Source of the DNA: Thermoplasmata archaeon | Lineage (GTDB): Archaea > Thermoplasmatota > Thermoplasmata > Lutacidiplasmatales > UBA184 | Reading direction: 5' to 3' | Length of the DNA stretch: 64,000 nt | Assembly: GCA_035502035.1 (NCBI GenBank) | Contig: DATJUZ010000028.1 | Span: 1,639 to 65,638, forward strand | Part shown: piece by piece, positions 8,492-17,181 of the stretch | How positions within the stretch are numbered: position 1 is the stretch's first letter | Layout: each line of letters begins with the position of its first letter | Notes under the pieces: generated by a model | The model's database searches: none | What the model saw: the letters and a program-made list of their open reading frames with translations, nothing else | Told to the model about the DNA's origin: nothing | Position numbers and translations under genes: made by a program

Positions 8492-9817
8492 ATGGCGCCG
8501 AGGAAGCTCGTCATCGTAGGGGCCGCGGGGCGGGATTTCCACAACTTCAACGTCCTGTTCCGGGGGAAGCCCGAGGTCCGGGTCGTCGCGTTCACCGCGG
8601 CGCAGATCCCCGACATCGCCGGTCGGACGTACCCCCCCGAGCTCGCCGGTCCGGGCTATCCGACGGGGATCCCGATCGTGCCCGAGGCCGAGCTGGCCGA
8701 CCTCGTTCGGCGGGAGGAGGTCGACGAGGTGATGCTCGCCTACTCCGACCTCCCCCACACCGAGGTGATGCACAAGGCGTCGATCGCCCTCGCGGCGGGG
8801 GCGAGCTTCTCGCTCGCGGGACCCCGGGCGACGATGCTCCGCTCGTCCCGGCCGGTCGTGAGCGTCTGCGCGGTCCGGACCGGCGCCGGCAAGAGCCCGC
8901 TGACGCGGTACGTCTCGGCCCGGATCCGCGACGCCGGCCGCCGCGTCGTGGTCGTCCGTCACCCCATGCCGTACGGTGACCTGGCGGCCCAGGCGGTCCA
9001 GCGGTTCGCCACCGCGGAGGACCTCGACCGGGCCCATTGCACGATCGAGGAGCGGGAGGAGTACGAACCGCACCTGGCCGAGGGGGTCGTCGTCTACGCG
9101 GGGGTCGACTACGAGCGGATCCTCCGCGCCGCCGAGCAGGAGGCCGACGTCGTCCTCTGGGACGGGGGCAACAACGACCTGCCGTTCTACGCCTCCGACC
9201 TCGAGCTGGTCGTCGCCGACCCCCACCGGGCGGGCCACGAGCTCGCCTACTATCCGGGCGAGGCGAACTTCCGTCGCGCCGACGTGATCGTCGTCAGCAA
9301 GACCGACTCCGCCCCCCCCGAGGGGGTCCGGACCGTCGAGGCGAACGCCCGCGCCGTCAACCCCGGGGCGGAGGTCGTCCGCGGGGCGCTACGGATCACC
9401 GCCGAGCGACCGGAGCGGCTCCGGGGCAAGCGGGTGCTCGTCGTCGAGGACGGTCCGACCCTCACCCACGGCGGCATGGCGTTCGGGGCGGCGACGCTGC
9501 TCGCCCGAGCCCAGGGCGCCGAGATCGTCGACGCCCGCCGGAGCGCCTCCGGCTCGATCGCCGCGGTCTACGCCCAGTACCCTCACCTGACGAACGTGCT
9601 GCCGGCGATGGGCTACTCCCCGCACCAGGTCGCCGAGCTCGAGGCGACGATCCGCGGCTCCGCGGCCGAGCTCGTGCTGGACGGCAGCCCGGTGAACCTC
9701 GCGCGCCTCGTGCACGTCCCTCAGCCGATCGTCAGCGTCCGCTACGATTACGACGACCTCGAGGGGAAGCTCGCGCACCGGCTCCGAACGCTCCTCGAAC
9801 AGCTGCCGACCCGCTGA
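8492..9817 (+). CDS. COG2403-type P-loop protein (usually annotated as predicted GTPase / cyclic 2,3-diphosphoglycerate synthetase-like)
   Basis: Real start is ATG 8492 inside track ORF 7505..9817. Motifs recalled for this family are present: KLVIVGAAGRDFHNFN, AVRTGAGKS (Walker A), VRHPMPYGDL, CTIEEREEYEP and LWDGGNNDLPF. Confidence 0.75.
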   Translation: MAPRKLVIVGAAGRDFHNFNVLFRGKPEVRVVAFTAAQIPDIAGRTYPPELAGPGYPTGIPIVPEAELADLVRREEVDEVMLAYSDLPHTEVMHKASIALAAGASFSLAGPRATMLRSSRPVVSVCAVRTGAGKSPLTRYVSARIRDAGRRVVVVRHPMPYGDLAAQAVQRFATAEDLDRAHCTIEEREEYEPHLAEGVVVYAGVDYERILRAAEQEADVVLWDGGNNDLPFYASDLELVVADPHRAGHELAYYPGEANFRRADVIVVSKTDSAPPEGVRTVEANARAVNPGAEVVRGALRITAERPERLRGKRVLVVEDGPTLTHGGMAFGAATLLARAQGAEIVDARRSASGSIAAVYAQYPHLTNVLPAMGYSPHQVAELEATIRGSAAELVLDGSPVNLARLVHVPQPIVSVRYDYDDLEGKLAHRLRTLLEQLPTR

Positions 9818-9963
9818 GGGGTCGGCCGCCGCTCGAGCCGGCCGGCTCGGACCCGAACGATCGAGGTACCACCCCCGGCAGGAGCACGGCCGTGGTGGGC
9901 CGCGGACCCGCCCCCGCCGGGTCCCGGGTGGCACGTAAACATCCTCGTCGGCATACATAATGA

Positions 9964-9980
9964 TTTGGCGATTCGCCAAA
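9964..9980. terminator. 17-bp palindrome TTTGGCGA-T-TCGCCAAA in a convergent intergenic region (possible bidirectional terminator hairpin)
   Basis: Perfect 8-bp arms flanked by T/A runs, within a locally AT-rich spacer between the 3' ends of the COG2403 gene and the MFS gene. Confidence 0.3.
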
Positions 9981-10046
9981 CGCGCCGGCCGCTTTTCGGG
10001 GTCCACCGGCACGTCGGAAACGCTCCGGCGTACGAACCGAACCGAT

Positions 10047-11495
10047 TTAATCCGCGTCGCCCGCCGCGGGCGCCGGGGCCGCCGGTGTGCCGCCCCGGAG
10101 GACGGACGGGACGAGCGCGCACAGCACGAGGACGGTCGACGCGAGGAAGATCCCGTGGATCGCCTCGAGGAACCGGCCCCCCGCGGCGAACGGCATCCCG
10201 CCCGCCGCCGTGCCCAGGAAGATCGCCTGGATCTCCGGCCGGCTGAGGACGCTCGTCATGATGAGCAGCGTGATCCCGAGGCTGATCGTCGCCCCGGTGT
10301 TCACGAACGTGACGCCGATCCCCGAGGCGACCCCGCGCCGCGTCGGCGGGACCGCGGTCATCATCGCGGCACGGTTCGGTGCGGCGAACAGGCCCATGCC
10401 GGCGCCCACGAGGACCAGCGGGCCGGCCAGCTGCGCGAACGTCGCCGCCGCGCCGATCGTCGAGAGCCAGAGGAACCCGGACGCCGAGACGACCAGGCCG
10501 GTGAGCAGGAACGGCCTCGGCCCGAAGCGGTCCGACAGCCAGCCGCTGATCGGTCCGAACGCCGCGAGCGACGCCGAGACCGGTACCAGGAACAGGCCGG
10601 CGGTCAGCGGGCTCAGGAAGCGGGGCGGCCCCTGGAGGTAGAAGACGAGGATGAACGTGAACGCCCCGCGAGCGAGGGCGTTGAGGAGCGTCGCGAGCGC
10701 GCTCGCCGTGAACTGCCGATTGCGGAAGAGGCTCAGGTCGAGCATCGGGGAGCTCTCGCGCAGCTCGACGACGACGAACGCCGCCAGCAGGGCGAGCCCC
10801 GCGAGCGCCGCCGCGAGCGCCCCCGTGCCCGAGAGCTGGCCGAGCGCCCCGAGCGTCACCCCGACGAGCAGGAGCGTGAGCCCGCCGGCGAAGACGATGT
10901 TCCCGAGCCAGTCGATGCGGGCGGTCCGCTCCGGCCGGGCGATCTCGCGCAGGTCGTAGTGCGCCCGCAGGGTCGCGATGATGCCGATGGGGACGTTGAC
11001 GAAGAAGATCCACCGCCAGCCGATCGTCGAGGTGATCACCCCGCCGAGGACGAGGCCGGCGACCGCCCCCGCGACGATGGAGACCTGGTTGACGCCGAGT
11101 GCCCTCCCGCGCTCGTTCGGGGGGAAGGCGTCCGTGATGATCGCCGCCGAGTTCGAGAAGAGGAATCCGGCGCCGACCGCCTGCACCAGGCGGAACAGGA
11201 CGAGCTCGAGCCCGGTCTGGGAGAGCCCGCAGAGGGCGGAGCCGACGGTGAAGACCGCGAACCCGAGGACGTAGAGCCGGACGCGTCCGAACATGTCGGA
11301 GAGCCGTCCGAAGTTGAGCAGGACGACCGCGGTGAGCAGCGAGTAGCCGAGCAGGATCCAGAGGAGCAGGGTCGCGGTGGTGCCGGCGAGCTGCCGGCCG
11401 ATCGTCGGCAACGAGATCAGCACGATGTTCGCGTCGATCGACGACATCAGCGTCGCGACCGTGGTGTTCGTGAGGACGAGCCACTTGTAGCGCAC
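10047..11495 (-). CDS. MFS transporter, DHA2-like
   Basis: Real product starts at GTG 11495 (VRYKWLVLTNTT...), preceded by GGGAGGG, inside track ORF 10047..12938. Motif A is FGRLSDMFGRVRLYVLG, and the protein has many TMS. Confidence 0.85.
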   Translation of the reverse strand: MRYKWLVLTNTTVATLMSSIDANIVLISLPTIGRQLAGTTATLLLWILLGYSLLTAVVLLNFGRLSDMFGRVRLYVLGFAVFTVGSALCGLSQTGLELVLFRLVQAVGAGFLFSNSAAIITDAFPPNERGRALGVNQVSIVAGAVAGLVLGGVITSTIGWRWIFFVNVPIGIIATLRAHYDLREIARPERTARIDWLGNIVFAGGLTLLLVGVTLGALGQLSGTGALAAALAGLALLAAFVVVELRESSPMLDLSLFRNRQFTASALATLLNALARGAFTFILVFYLQGPPRFLSPLTAGLFLVPVSASLAAFGPISGWLSDRFGPRPFLLTGLVVSASGFLWLSTIGAAATFAQLAGPLVLVGAGMGLFAAPNRAAMMTAVPPTRRGVASGIGVTFVNTGATISLGITLLIMTSVLSRPEIQAIFLGTAAGGMPFAAGGRFLEAIHGIFLASTVLVLCALVPSVLRGGTPAAPAPAAGDAD

Positions 11496-11584
11496 CGTCG
11501 ACCCTCCCGCGACCCGGCGGCTACCGCGACCCCGGCGCCGCCGTCGCCGGCCCCGACCTCGCTGCGAGCCCCACCGCGGTCCCG

Positions 11585-12028
11585 CTAGCCGGCCGGGTTG
11601 GTCCCGGCCTGGTAGCCGGCGATCTGGGAGCTGAGCCGGTCGATGTACTGACGGAAGATCGCGATCACGTGCCGCGACGTGATCACGCCGACGACCTGGT
11701 CCCCCGAGCGCACGACCATCCGTCGGACGCCGAGCTGGGCCATCGTCGAGGCGACCTCGTCGGTCGGCGTCTCGGGGAGGCAGGACTGGACGTTCGCCGA
11801 CGCGATCGTCTTGACGGGGACGCGCGCCGGCTCGCCGCCGGCCCCGACGATCTTCTCGAGATAGTCCCACTCGGTGACGATACCGGCGATGGCGTGCGTC
11901 GGCCCGCGCGTCAGCACGGCGTAGCCCTTGCGCTCGGCGACCATCCGACGCGCGGCCGTCAGGGCATCGGTCTCCTCGTCCAGCGTGAGCGGATGGGGGT
12001 CCATGATCTCCTTCGCCTGGAGGACCAT
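11585..12028 (-). CDS. CBS domain pair protein
   Basis: 147 aa. Supporting sequences are KGYAVLTRGPTHAIAGIVTEWDYL and VRRMVVRSGDQVVGVITSRHVI. Confidence 0.85.
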   Translation of the reverse strand: MVLQAKEIMDPHPLTLDEETDALTAARRMVAERKGYAVLTRGPTHAIAGIVTEWDYLEKIVGAGGEPARVPVKTIASANVQSCLPETPTDEVASTMAQLGVRRMVVRSGDQVVGVITSRHVIAIFRQYIDRLSSQIAGYQAGTNPAG

Positions 12029-12052
12029 GCCCTGGCGAGCCCCGGGGCCCTA

Positions 12053-13237
12053 TCAGGCCTCGCCGGCCGCCGACGGTGCGGACGCCGTCGCCGGGAACCG
12101 GCGCCCGAGGACCGCCTCGAGGCGGTGGACGAGGGCCTCGACACCGGGGGGCGGGGCGGGCGACGGCCCGGAGGGGCTGGGCTCGGCCCAGCGCTCGGGC
12201 GGCTCCCGACCGAAGATGTCGGAAAACCGCTGCCTCCACCCCGGCGGCAGGGGGTCGGCGGCCCCGGGCGACCGCAACCCCCCGAGACGTCGGCCGGTCG
12301 CCGCGAGCCCGCGGCTCACCGACTCGGCCCGATAGCCCCCGCCCCCGGTCACGACGAGCGGGAGCCGCGCCGACCGCGCGAGGTCGAACAGGAGGCGGTC
12401 CGCCTCCGCGTAGCCGCGCGCCGTGTAGCGCAGGCGAGCGAGCGGGTCCCCGTCCTGGCCGTCCAGCCCGTGCTGGACGACCAGCAGCTGGGGCCGGAAC
12501 TCCGCGAGGAGCGGCAGGACGACGCGGCGGAGGAGCGGAAGCAGCCAGGCGTCGCCGCTCCCCGGCGGGAGAGGGAGGTTGACCTTCCGCCCCGCCCCGT
12601 CGCCGTCCCCGATCTCGCCGACGTCGCCCGTCCCCGGGAACAGCGTTCGACCGTCCTGGTGCAGGTCGACGTCCAGGAGGCCGCCGTGGCCGTAGTAGCC
12701 GTACATCACCCCGTCCCCGTGGTGCGCGTCCAGGTCGACATAGGCGACCCGACGCCCCGCCGCCAGCGGTGCCGCCAGCGCGACCGCGACGTCGTTCAGG
12801 ACGCAGAAGCCGCTCGCACCGTCCCGGCGAGCGTGGTGGAGCCCGCCGGCGGGAACGAACCAGACCCCTCCGTCCTCGACCGCGCGCGCGACGGCCGTCG
12901 AGGTCGCCGCGGCGATGCGGGCGGAGGCATCGTAGCACCCGGGGAACGACGGCGTGTCGCCGCGGTCGAGGAGTACCGGACGCCGGAGGACGCTCGCGTG
13001 GCGGAGCCAGGCGAGGTACTCGGCGTCGTGGAACCGCTCGAGCTCCTCGGCCGATGCGGGCTCGACGGCCCGGATCCAGCGGAGGCGCGCGCGCTCGTCC
13101 GGGGAGAGCGATGCTTCGAGGAGTTCCGCCGCCGCGCCCCGGCTCCGCATGTCGAACGGGTGAGAGGGGCCGAAGTCGTAGTCGAGGAAGCGCGGGTCCC
13201 AGACGACCGAGAGGGGGCGCTCGCTAGGCTCGTCCAC
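12053..13237 (-). CDS. Histone deacetylase / acetoin utilization (AcuC) family, class I/II HDAC fold
   Basis: Catalytic motifs GGLHHARRDGASGFCVLNDVAVA and YVDLDAHHGDGV are present. I prefer GTG 13237 as the start (GGGGAGGGGGTTC GTG) over track start 13324. Confidence 0.85.
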   Translation of the reverse strand: MDEPSERPLSVVWDPRFLDYDFGPSHPFDMRSRGAAAELLEASLSPDERARLRWIRAVEPASAEELERFHDAEYLAWLRHASVLRRPVLLDRGDTPSFPGCYDASARIAAATSTAVARAVEDGGVWFVPAGGLHHARRDGASGFCVLNDVAVALAAPLAAGRRVAYVDLDAHHGDGVMYGYYGHGGLLDVDLHQDGRTLFPGTGDVGEIGDGDGAGRKVNLPLPPGSGDAWLLPLLRRVVLPLLAEFRPQLLVVQHGLDGQDGDPLARLRYTARGYAEADRLLFDLARSARLPLVVTGGGGYRAESVSRGLAATGRRLGGLRSPGAADPLPPGWRQRFSDIFGREPPERWAEPSPSGPSPAPPPGVEALVHRLEAVLGRRFPATASAPSAAGEA

Positions 13238-13367
13238 GAACCCCCTCCCCGAGCGCTCGGAGCCCGCCACGGGCCGGTCCGACGGTGGAGGGCGCCATCC
13301 CGAGCCGCCGCACCGCGCAGGCATTATCTATCCGACCGGGTCCGCAGGACCGGAGCGGACAACCCCC

Positions 13368-13592
13368 ATGGCGATCGAGGACGAGGTGTCGGCGAACGCC
13401 GCGAAGGTCTACCGGGCGATGCGCGAGCTCGGCTACCTCGTCGAGGAGAAGATGGGTACCGCCGAACGGATCACGCAGGTCGTCAAGCTCCCGAAGAACA
13501 TGGTGCTCAACGCGCTCCAGGAGCTCCAGACGAAGGGCTGGGCGCGCCGCAAGGTCCGCGAGAAGGCCGCCGGCTACTTCCTTCTCCGCTGA
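13368..13592 (+). CDS. Small winged-helix DNA-binding protein (74 aa)
   Basis: MAIEDEVSANAAKVYRAMRELGYLVEEKMGTAERITQVVKLPKNMVLNALQELQTKGWARRKV has a wHTH-like pattern. A TATA-like CATTATCTAT lies about 40 nt upstream, and the composition is non-shadow. Confidence 0.6.
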   Translation: MAIEDEVSANAAKVYRAMRELGYLVEEKMGTAERITQVVKLPKNMVLNALQELQTKGWARRKVREKAAGYFLLR

Positions 13593-13618
13593 GGGACAGG
13601 CCCCCGGCGTCCCCTGCC

Positions 13619-14590
13619 CTACGCGCCGGCCGACGGGGCCGGGATCTCCCCCGGTGGGGCGGGCCAGACCTTCTCGAGGAGACGGCACGTCGAGCGGAGC
13701 GTCACCTCGGTGACGCTGCTGACGCGCGCGACCTGGGCCCGGGAGCGGTGTTCGCCGTTCCGCTCGGCGGCGAGGTAGATCAGCGCGGCGACCAGGCCGT
13801 GGGGGCTGAGCCCCGAGAGCTCGGGGTCCTCGCGCGTCGCGTCGAGCATCGACTCCACGGTCGCCCGGACCTCGGAGGAGAGGGCGAGCTCCTGCGCGTA
13901 GCGGGCGAGGAACGCCTTCGTGCCGATGCTCGGGATCGCGAGGCGCGCCCCGCGGTGGACCATCTTGAACGTCCGGCCGACCTCCGAACGACGGGCGCCG
14001 ACCGCGGTCGAGACCTCCCCGAGGGTCCGGGGGATCATGTAGCGCCGGCACGAGGCGTAGACCGCCGCGCCGACGCACGCCGCGAGCCCGCGTCCCCGGA
14101 AGACCCCGGCCTCCCGCCCCTGGCGGAAGACCCGGTCGGCCTCGTCGACGACGACCTCCGGCAGCCCCAACCGCTCCCCGGCGGCGAGGATCTCCCCGTG
14201 CGCCGGGGAGCGGTCGACCGACGCGTCGGCGACGCGCGCCGTCTGGCGCTGCATGACGCGGCGCAGGTGCTGGAACTCGTACCGACGGCGCCAAGCGAGC
14301 CGGCGACCCTGCCCGTCGCGCGCCAGCGAGAGCGTCGAACCGAGGGACCGGCGCGGTCCGCCCGGGCGTACGAACGGCCCGATCCCCCGTCCGCTCCCTT
14401 CGGAGGCGGCCTCGGGGTTGGTGACCGGCCCGTCGCTCACGAGCTCGGACGCATCGAAGACGAGACCGCACTCGGCGCAGTGGGTCTCCGAACGGACCGG
14501 GTCCACGATCCGATGGACGCTCCCGCAGAGCGAACAGGGGCGGGAACCGTCGGCCGCCGGCTCGGGGGCCCGAGCGTCGCTCGGTGCCAT
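13619..14590 (-). CDS. tfb: Transcription initiation factor TFB (TFIIB homologue)
   Basis: N-terminal Zn ribbon CSLCGS..x..CAECG plus two cyclin-fold repeats (GLAACVGAAVYASCRR; GLVAALIYLAAE). ATG 14590 sits 24-32 nt downstream of a TATA-like box, suggesting a leaderless transcript. Confidence 0.9.
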   Translation of the reverse strand: MAPSDARAPEPAADGSRPCSLCGSVHRIVDPVRSETHCAECGLVFDASELVSDGPVTNPEAASEGSGRGIGPFVRPGGPRRSLGSTLSLARDGQGRRLAWRRRYEFQHLRRVMQRQTARVADASVDRSPAHGEILAAGERLGLPEVVVDEADRVFRQGREAGVFRGRGLAACVGAAVYASCRRYMIPRTLGEVSTAVGARRSEVGRTFKMVHRGARLAIPSIGTKAFLARYAQELALSSEVRATVESMLDATREDPELSGLSPHGLVAALIYLAAERNGEHRSRAQVARVSSVTEVTLRSTCRLLEKVWPAPPGEIPAPSAGA

Positions 14591-14612
14591 GCGTTCCCTA
14601 AGCACGGCATGC

Positions 14613-14622
14613 GATATTAGGT
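14613..14622 (-). promoter_or_regulatory. TATA-like box for tfb
   Basis: The minus strand reads AACCTAATATCGC, spaced about 25 nt from ATG 14590. Confidence 0.4.
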
Positions 14623-14740
14623 TACGTCCAGCGGTTTCCGGCGCTCCGGGACGGGGTCCGGGCCCAGAGTCGCGCCGCGGGCGCTCGGCGGTTCCCCGCA
14701 GCGGAAGGGGGATAGGGAGCGGCGCGCATCGGCCCCCTCC

Positions 14741-15361
14741 GTGAGGCTAGGCCTGGTCGCCGTCGGGGCGGTGTTCGCGCTCGTCGGCGGTGCCGTCATC
14801 GTCGGAGCGATCATGCCGGTCACCAGCCCCACCTACCTGCGGGAGGGCTCGTCGTCCGTCGAGAACCTCCAGGCGGACGACTCCCGGACGTTCACGATGA
14901 ACACGACCGTCGCGAACTCCGCGTCCCTGGCCGTGAGCTGGTCGTCCAGCAGCGCCGTCTCGGTCTCGTGGTACGCGACGCGGTCGTGCGCGAGCCCGCC
15001 GTACTGGTGCGCGGTGACGCCGGCGATCGTGAGCTGGGCAGGGAAGCTCGCCGGCCACTGGTCCGGGAGCGGCGACGTCGGCGACCGCTACCTTCTGTAC
15101 GTCGAGACCGACGCCGCCGCGAACGGGAGCACGGACGTCTTCGCGAACTTCACGGGGACGTACACCGAGCACTACCACACGCTCACCCACGCAGCGCTCG
15201 CCTACCCGTTCCTGCTGACGATGACCTCCGGCTCGCTGCTCGCGGGCACCGGGGCCGTCGCGCTCTACCTCGGCCTGTTCCTGCCGTCCGGGACGTACGC
15301 TCCCCCGGACGACGAGGAGGGTGAGCCGGACCCGCAGGGTTCCGGCGGCGGCCCGACGTAG
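14741..15361 (+). CDS. Hypothetical membrane protein (N- and C-terminal TM helices, extracellular middle)
   Basis: 206 aa with a GTG start. The TM helices are LGLVAVGAVFALVGGAVIVGAI and LLAGTGAVALYLGLFL, and the tail is acidic. No recognisable family. Confidence 0.5.
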   Translation: MRLGLVAVGAVFALVGGAVIVGAIMPVTSPTYLREGSSSVENLQADDSRTFTMNTTVANSASLAVSWSSSSAVSVSWYATRSCASPPYWCAVTPAIVSWAGKLAGHWSGSGDVGDRYLLYVETDAAANGSTDVFANFTGTYTEHYHTLTHAALAYPFLLTMTSGSLLAGTGAVALYLGLFLPSGTYAPPDDEEGEPDPQGSGGGPT

Positions 15362-15368
15362 GGTCGCC

Positions 15369-17129
15369 TCACTGGCCCCAGAACGGGTGGACCGAGCGAC
15401 GCATCCGCAGGACCTCGTCCAGGATCGCGCGCTCGACCGGGCTCAGCGGCTGGTCCTTCAGGGCGCGCGCCGCGGCCTCCGGCAGGGCGACCCAGAGCAC
15501 GTCCCGCTCCTTCAGGTTCCGGCCGACGACCGCCCCGTCGATCGACGCGGCGAGCTCCGAGCCCTCCGTCGCCTCCGCGACGCTCGAGTTCTCCCGCTGG
15601 AGGCTCTTGAGGGTCCCGACGTCCGACCCGTCCGACCGCATCAGACGGACCCCCGGGCGCAGCACCCCTCCGAGCACGCGCACCCCGACGATCGCCGGCT
15701 TGGAGGCCCGGAAGACGAACCCCTCGAGCACCTCGAGCTTCGCCGGCCGCACGAGCTCGGCCCACCGGGCGAGGTCGACCTCCCGCTGCCGGGCCTGCCG
15801 CCAGGAGGCGTACTCCTCGATCGCCCGGTACATGACGTCGGCGCGGAAGATCCTCACCGTCTCGCCGGCCTCCCCGACGGCATCCGAGAGGACCGGGACG
15901 CCGAACGCGATCACCGCGCGGTGGGTCGGGTCGCGCACCGACGATTGCCGCATCACGGTCGCCCTCGAGACCGGACCGACCCCGGCCTCGTGGACCGGGA
16001 TCTTCTGTTCGCGGCACTCGAAGGCGAGCGCCTCGAGGCCCCCCAGGGTGTCGGCGAGGATCGCGACCCCGCTTTCCGCGAGCTCCGCGACCGGATGGGA
16101 GGCGGCGGCCAGCTCGACGCGCACGCGCTCCGTCTCCTCCGCCCCGTGGACGACCCTCAAGAGGCCCCCCGGCATCGCCTCCTCGATCCCGGGCGCGGCG
16201 AGGTAGACCCCCGCCGCGGCGTCGACCTCGGAGAGCGCCTCGAGCTTGCCCGCGCGCGCCTCGCGCCCCCCCTTCGCCGGCGCCGGCCGATAGAGGCCGC
16301 GGACACGGCTCGCGAACGGCTCGGTGCGGCCGGTGACGACGATCTCGTCGCCGAGCCGGAGGCGGCCGCGGTAGACGATGACGCTCCCGACCGGGCCGAC
16401 GCCCTTCTGGTCGCTCCGTTCGAGGATCGTCGCCTCCCCCCCCTCCCGGACGAGCTCGAGCTCCTCCGCGAGGAACCGCTGGGCGAGCCCGACCAGGAGC
16501 GCGATCAGCTCCGCGACCCCGACCCCGGTCTTCGCCGAGACCGGCACGATCCCGACGTTGCGGGTGAAGTCGCGGACCCGGTCGAAGCGCTCCGCGCTGA
16601 ACCCGAGCCGGTCCAGCTCCTCCGCCACGGCGTAGAGCCGGGCGTCCACGAGCTTCGCGAACTCCGAGCCGCTCCGCGCGATCTGCTCGAGGAGCGGCAC
16701 CGGGGCGGTGACCTTCCGCCAGCCGCTCAGCAGGTCGATCTTCGTGAGCGCGACGGCGAACGGGGTCTTCTCGCGGCGGAGGATCTGGATCGACTCGCGC
16801 GTCTGGGGCATCACCCCCTCGCGCGCGTCGATCACGAGCACCGCGAGGTCGGCGAGCGCCCCGCCGCGTCGCCGCATCGTCTCGAACGAGCGGTGGCCGG
16901 GCGTGTCGACGAACAAGAGGCCGGGGACGGTCAGCTGCGCGTCGCTGAGCACGCCGTGGGCGAGGCGGCGGACCGTCGCGCCGGTGACCTCGATGGCGCC
17001 GATGTGCTGGGTGATCCCGCCGGCCTCGTGGGATGCGCGGACGCTCCCGGCGATGCGGTCGAGGAGCGTCGTCTTGCCGTGGTCGACGTGCCCCAGGAGG
17101 GAGACGATCGGCTCGCGCAGCTCCGCCAC
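15369..17129 (-). CDS. infB: Translation initiation factor aIF5B (IF2 family GTPase)
   Basis: G motifs: GHVDHGKTTLLD, DTPGH, TKID. GTG 17129 (VAELREPIVSLLGHVDHGK) fits the 52-nt gap after the upstream stop. The track ORF's extension to 17849 overlaps the upstream gene. Confidence 0.9.
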   Translation of the reverse strand: MAELREPIVSLLGHVDHGKTTLLDRIAGSVRASHEAGGITQHIGAIEVTGATVRRLAHGVLSDAQLTVPGLLFVDTPGHRSFETMRRRGGALADLAVLVIDAREGVMPQTRESIQILRREKTPFAVALTKIDLLSGWRKVTAPVPLLEQIARSGSEFAKLVDARLYAVAEELDRLGFSAERFDRVRDFTRNVGIVPVSAKTGVGVAELIALLVGLAQRFLAEELELVREGGEATILERSDQKGVGPVGSVIVYRGRLRLGDEIVVTGRTEPFASRVRGLYRPAPAKGGREARAGKLEALSEVDAAAGVYLAAPGIEEAMPGGLLRVVHGAEETERVRVELAAASHPVAELAESGVAILADTLGGLEALAFECREQKIPVHEAGVGPVSRATVMRQSSVRDPTHRAVIAFGVPVLSDAVGEAGETVRIFRADVMYRAIEEYASWRQARQREVDLARWAELVRPAKLEVLEGFVFRASKPAIVGVRVLGGVLRPGVRLMRSDGSDVGTLKSLQRENSSVAEATEGSELAASIDGAVVGRNLKERDVLWVALPEAAARALKDQPLSPVERAILDEVLRMRRSVHPFWGQ

Positions 17130-17181
17130 GCCGGCCGCGAGGGCGCCCCGCCCATAGGGGTTTCGCGCGCGAGGGGGCCGG

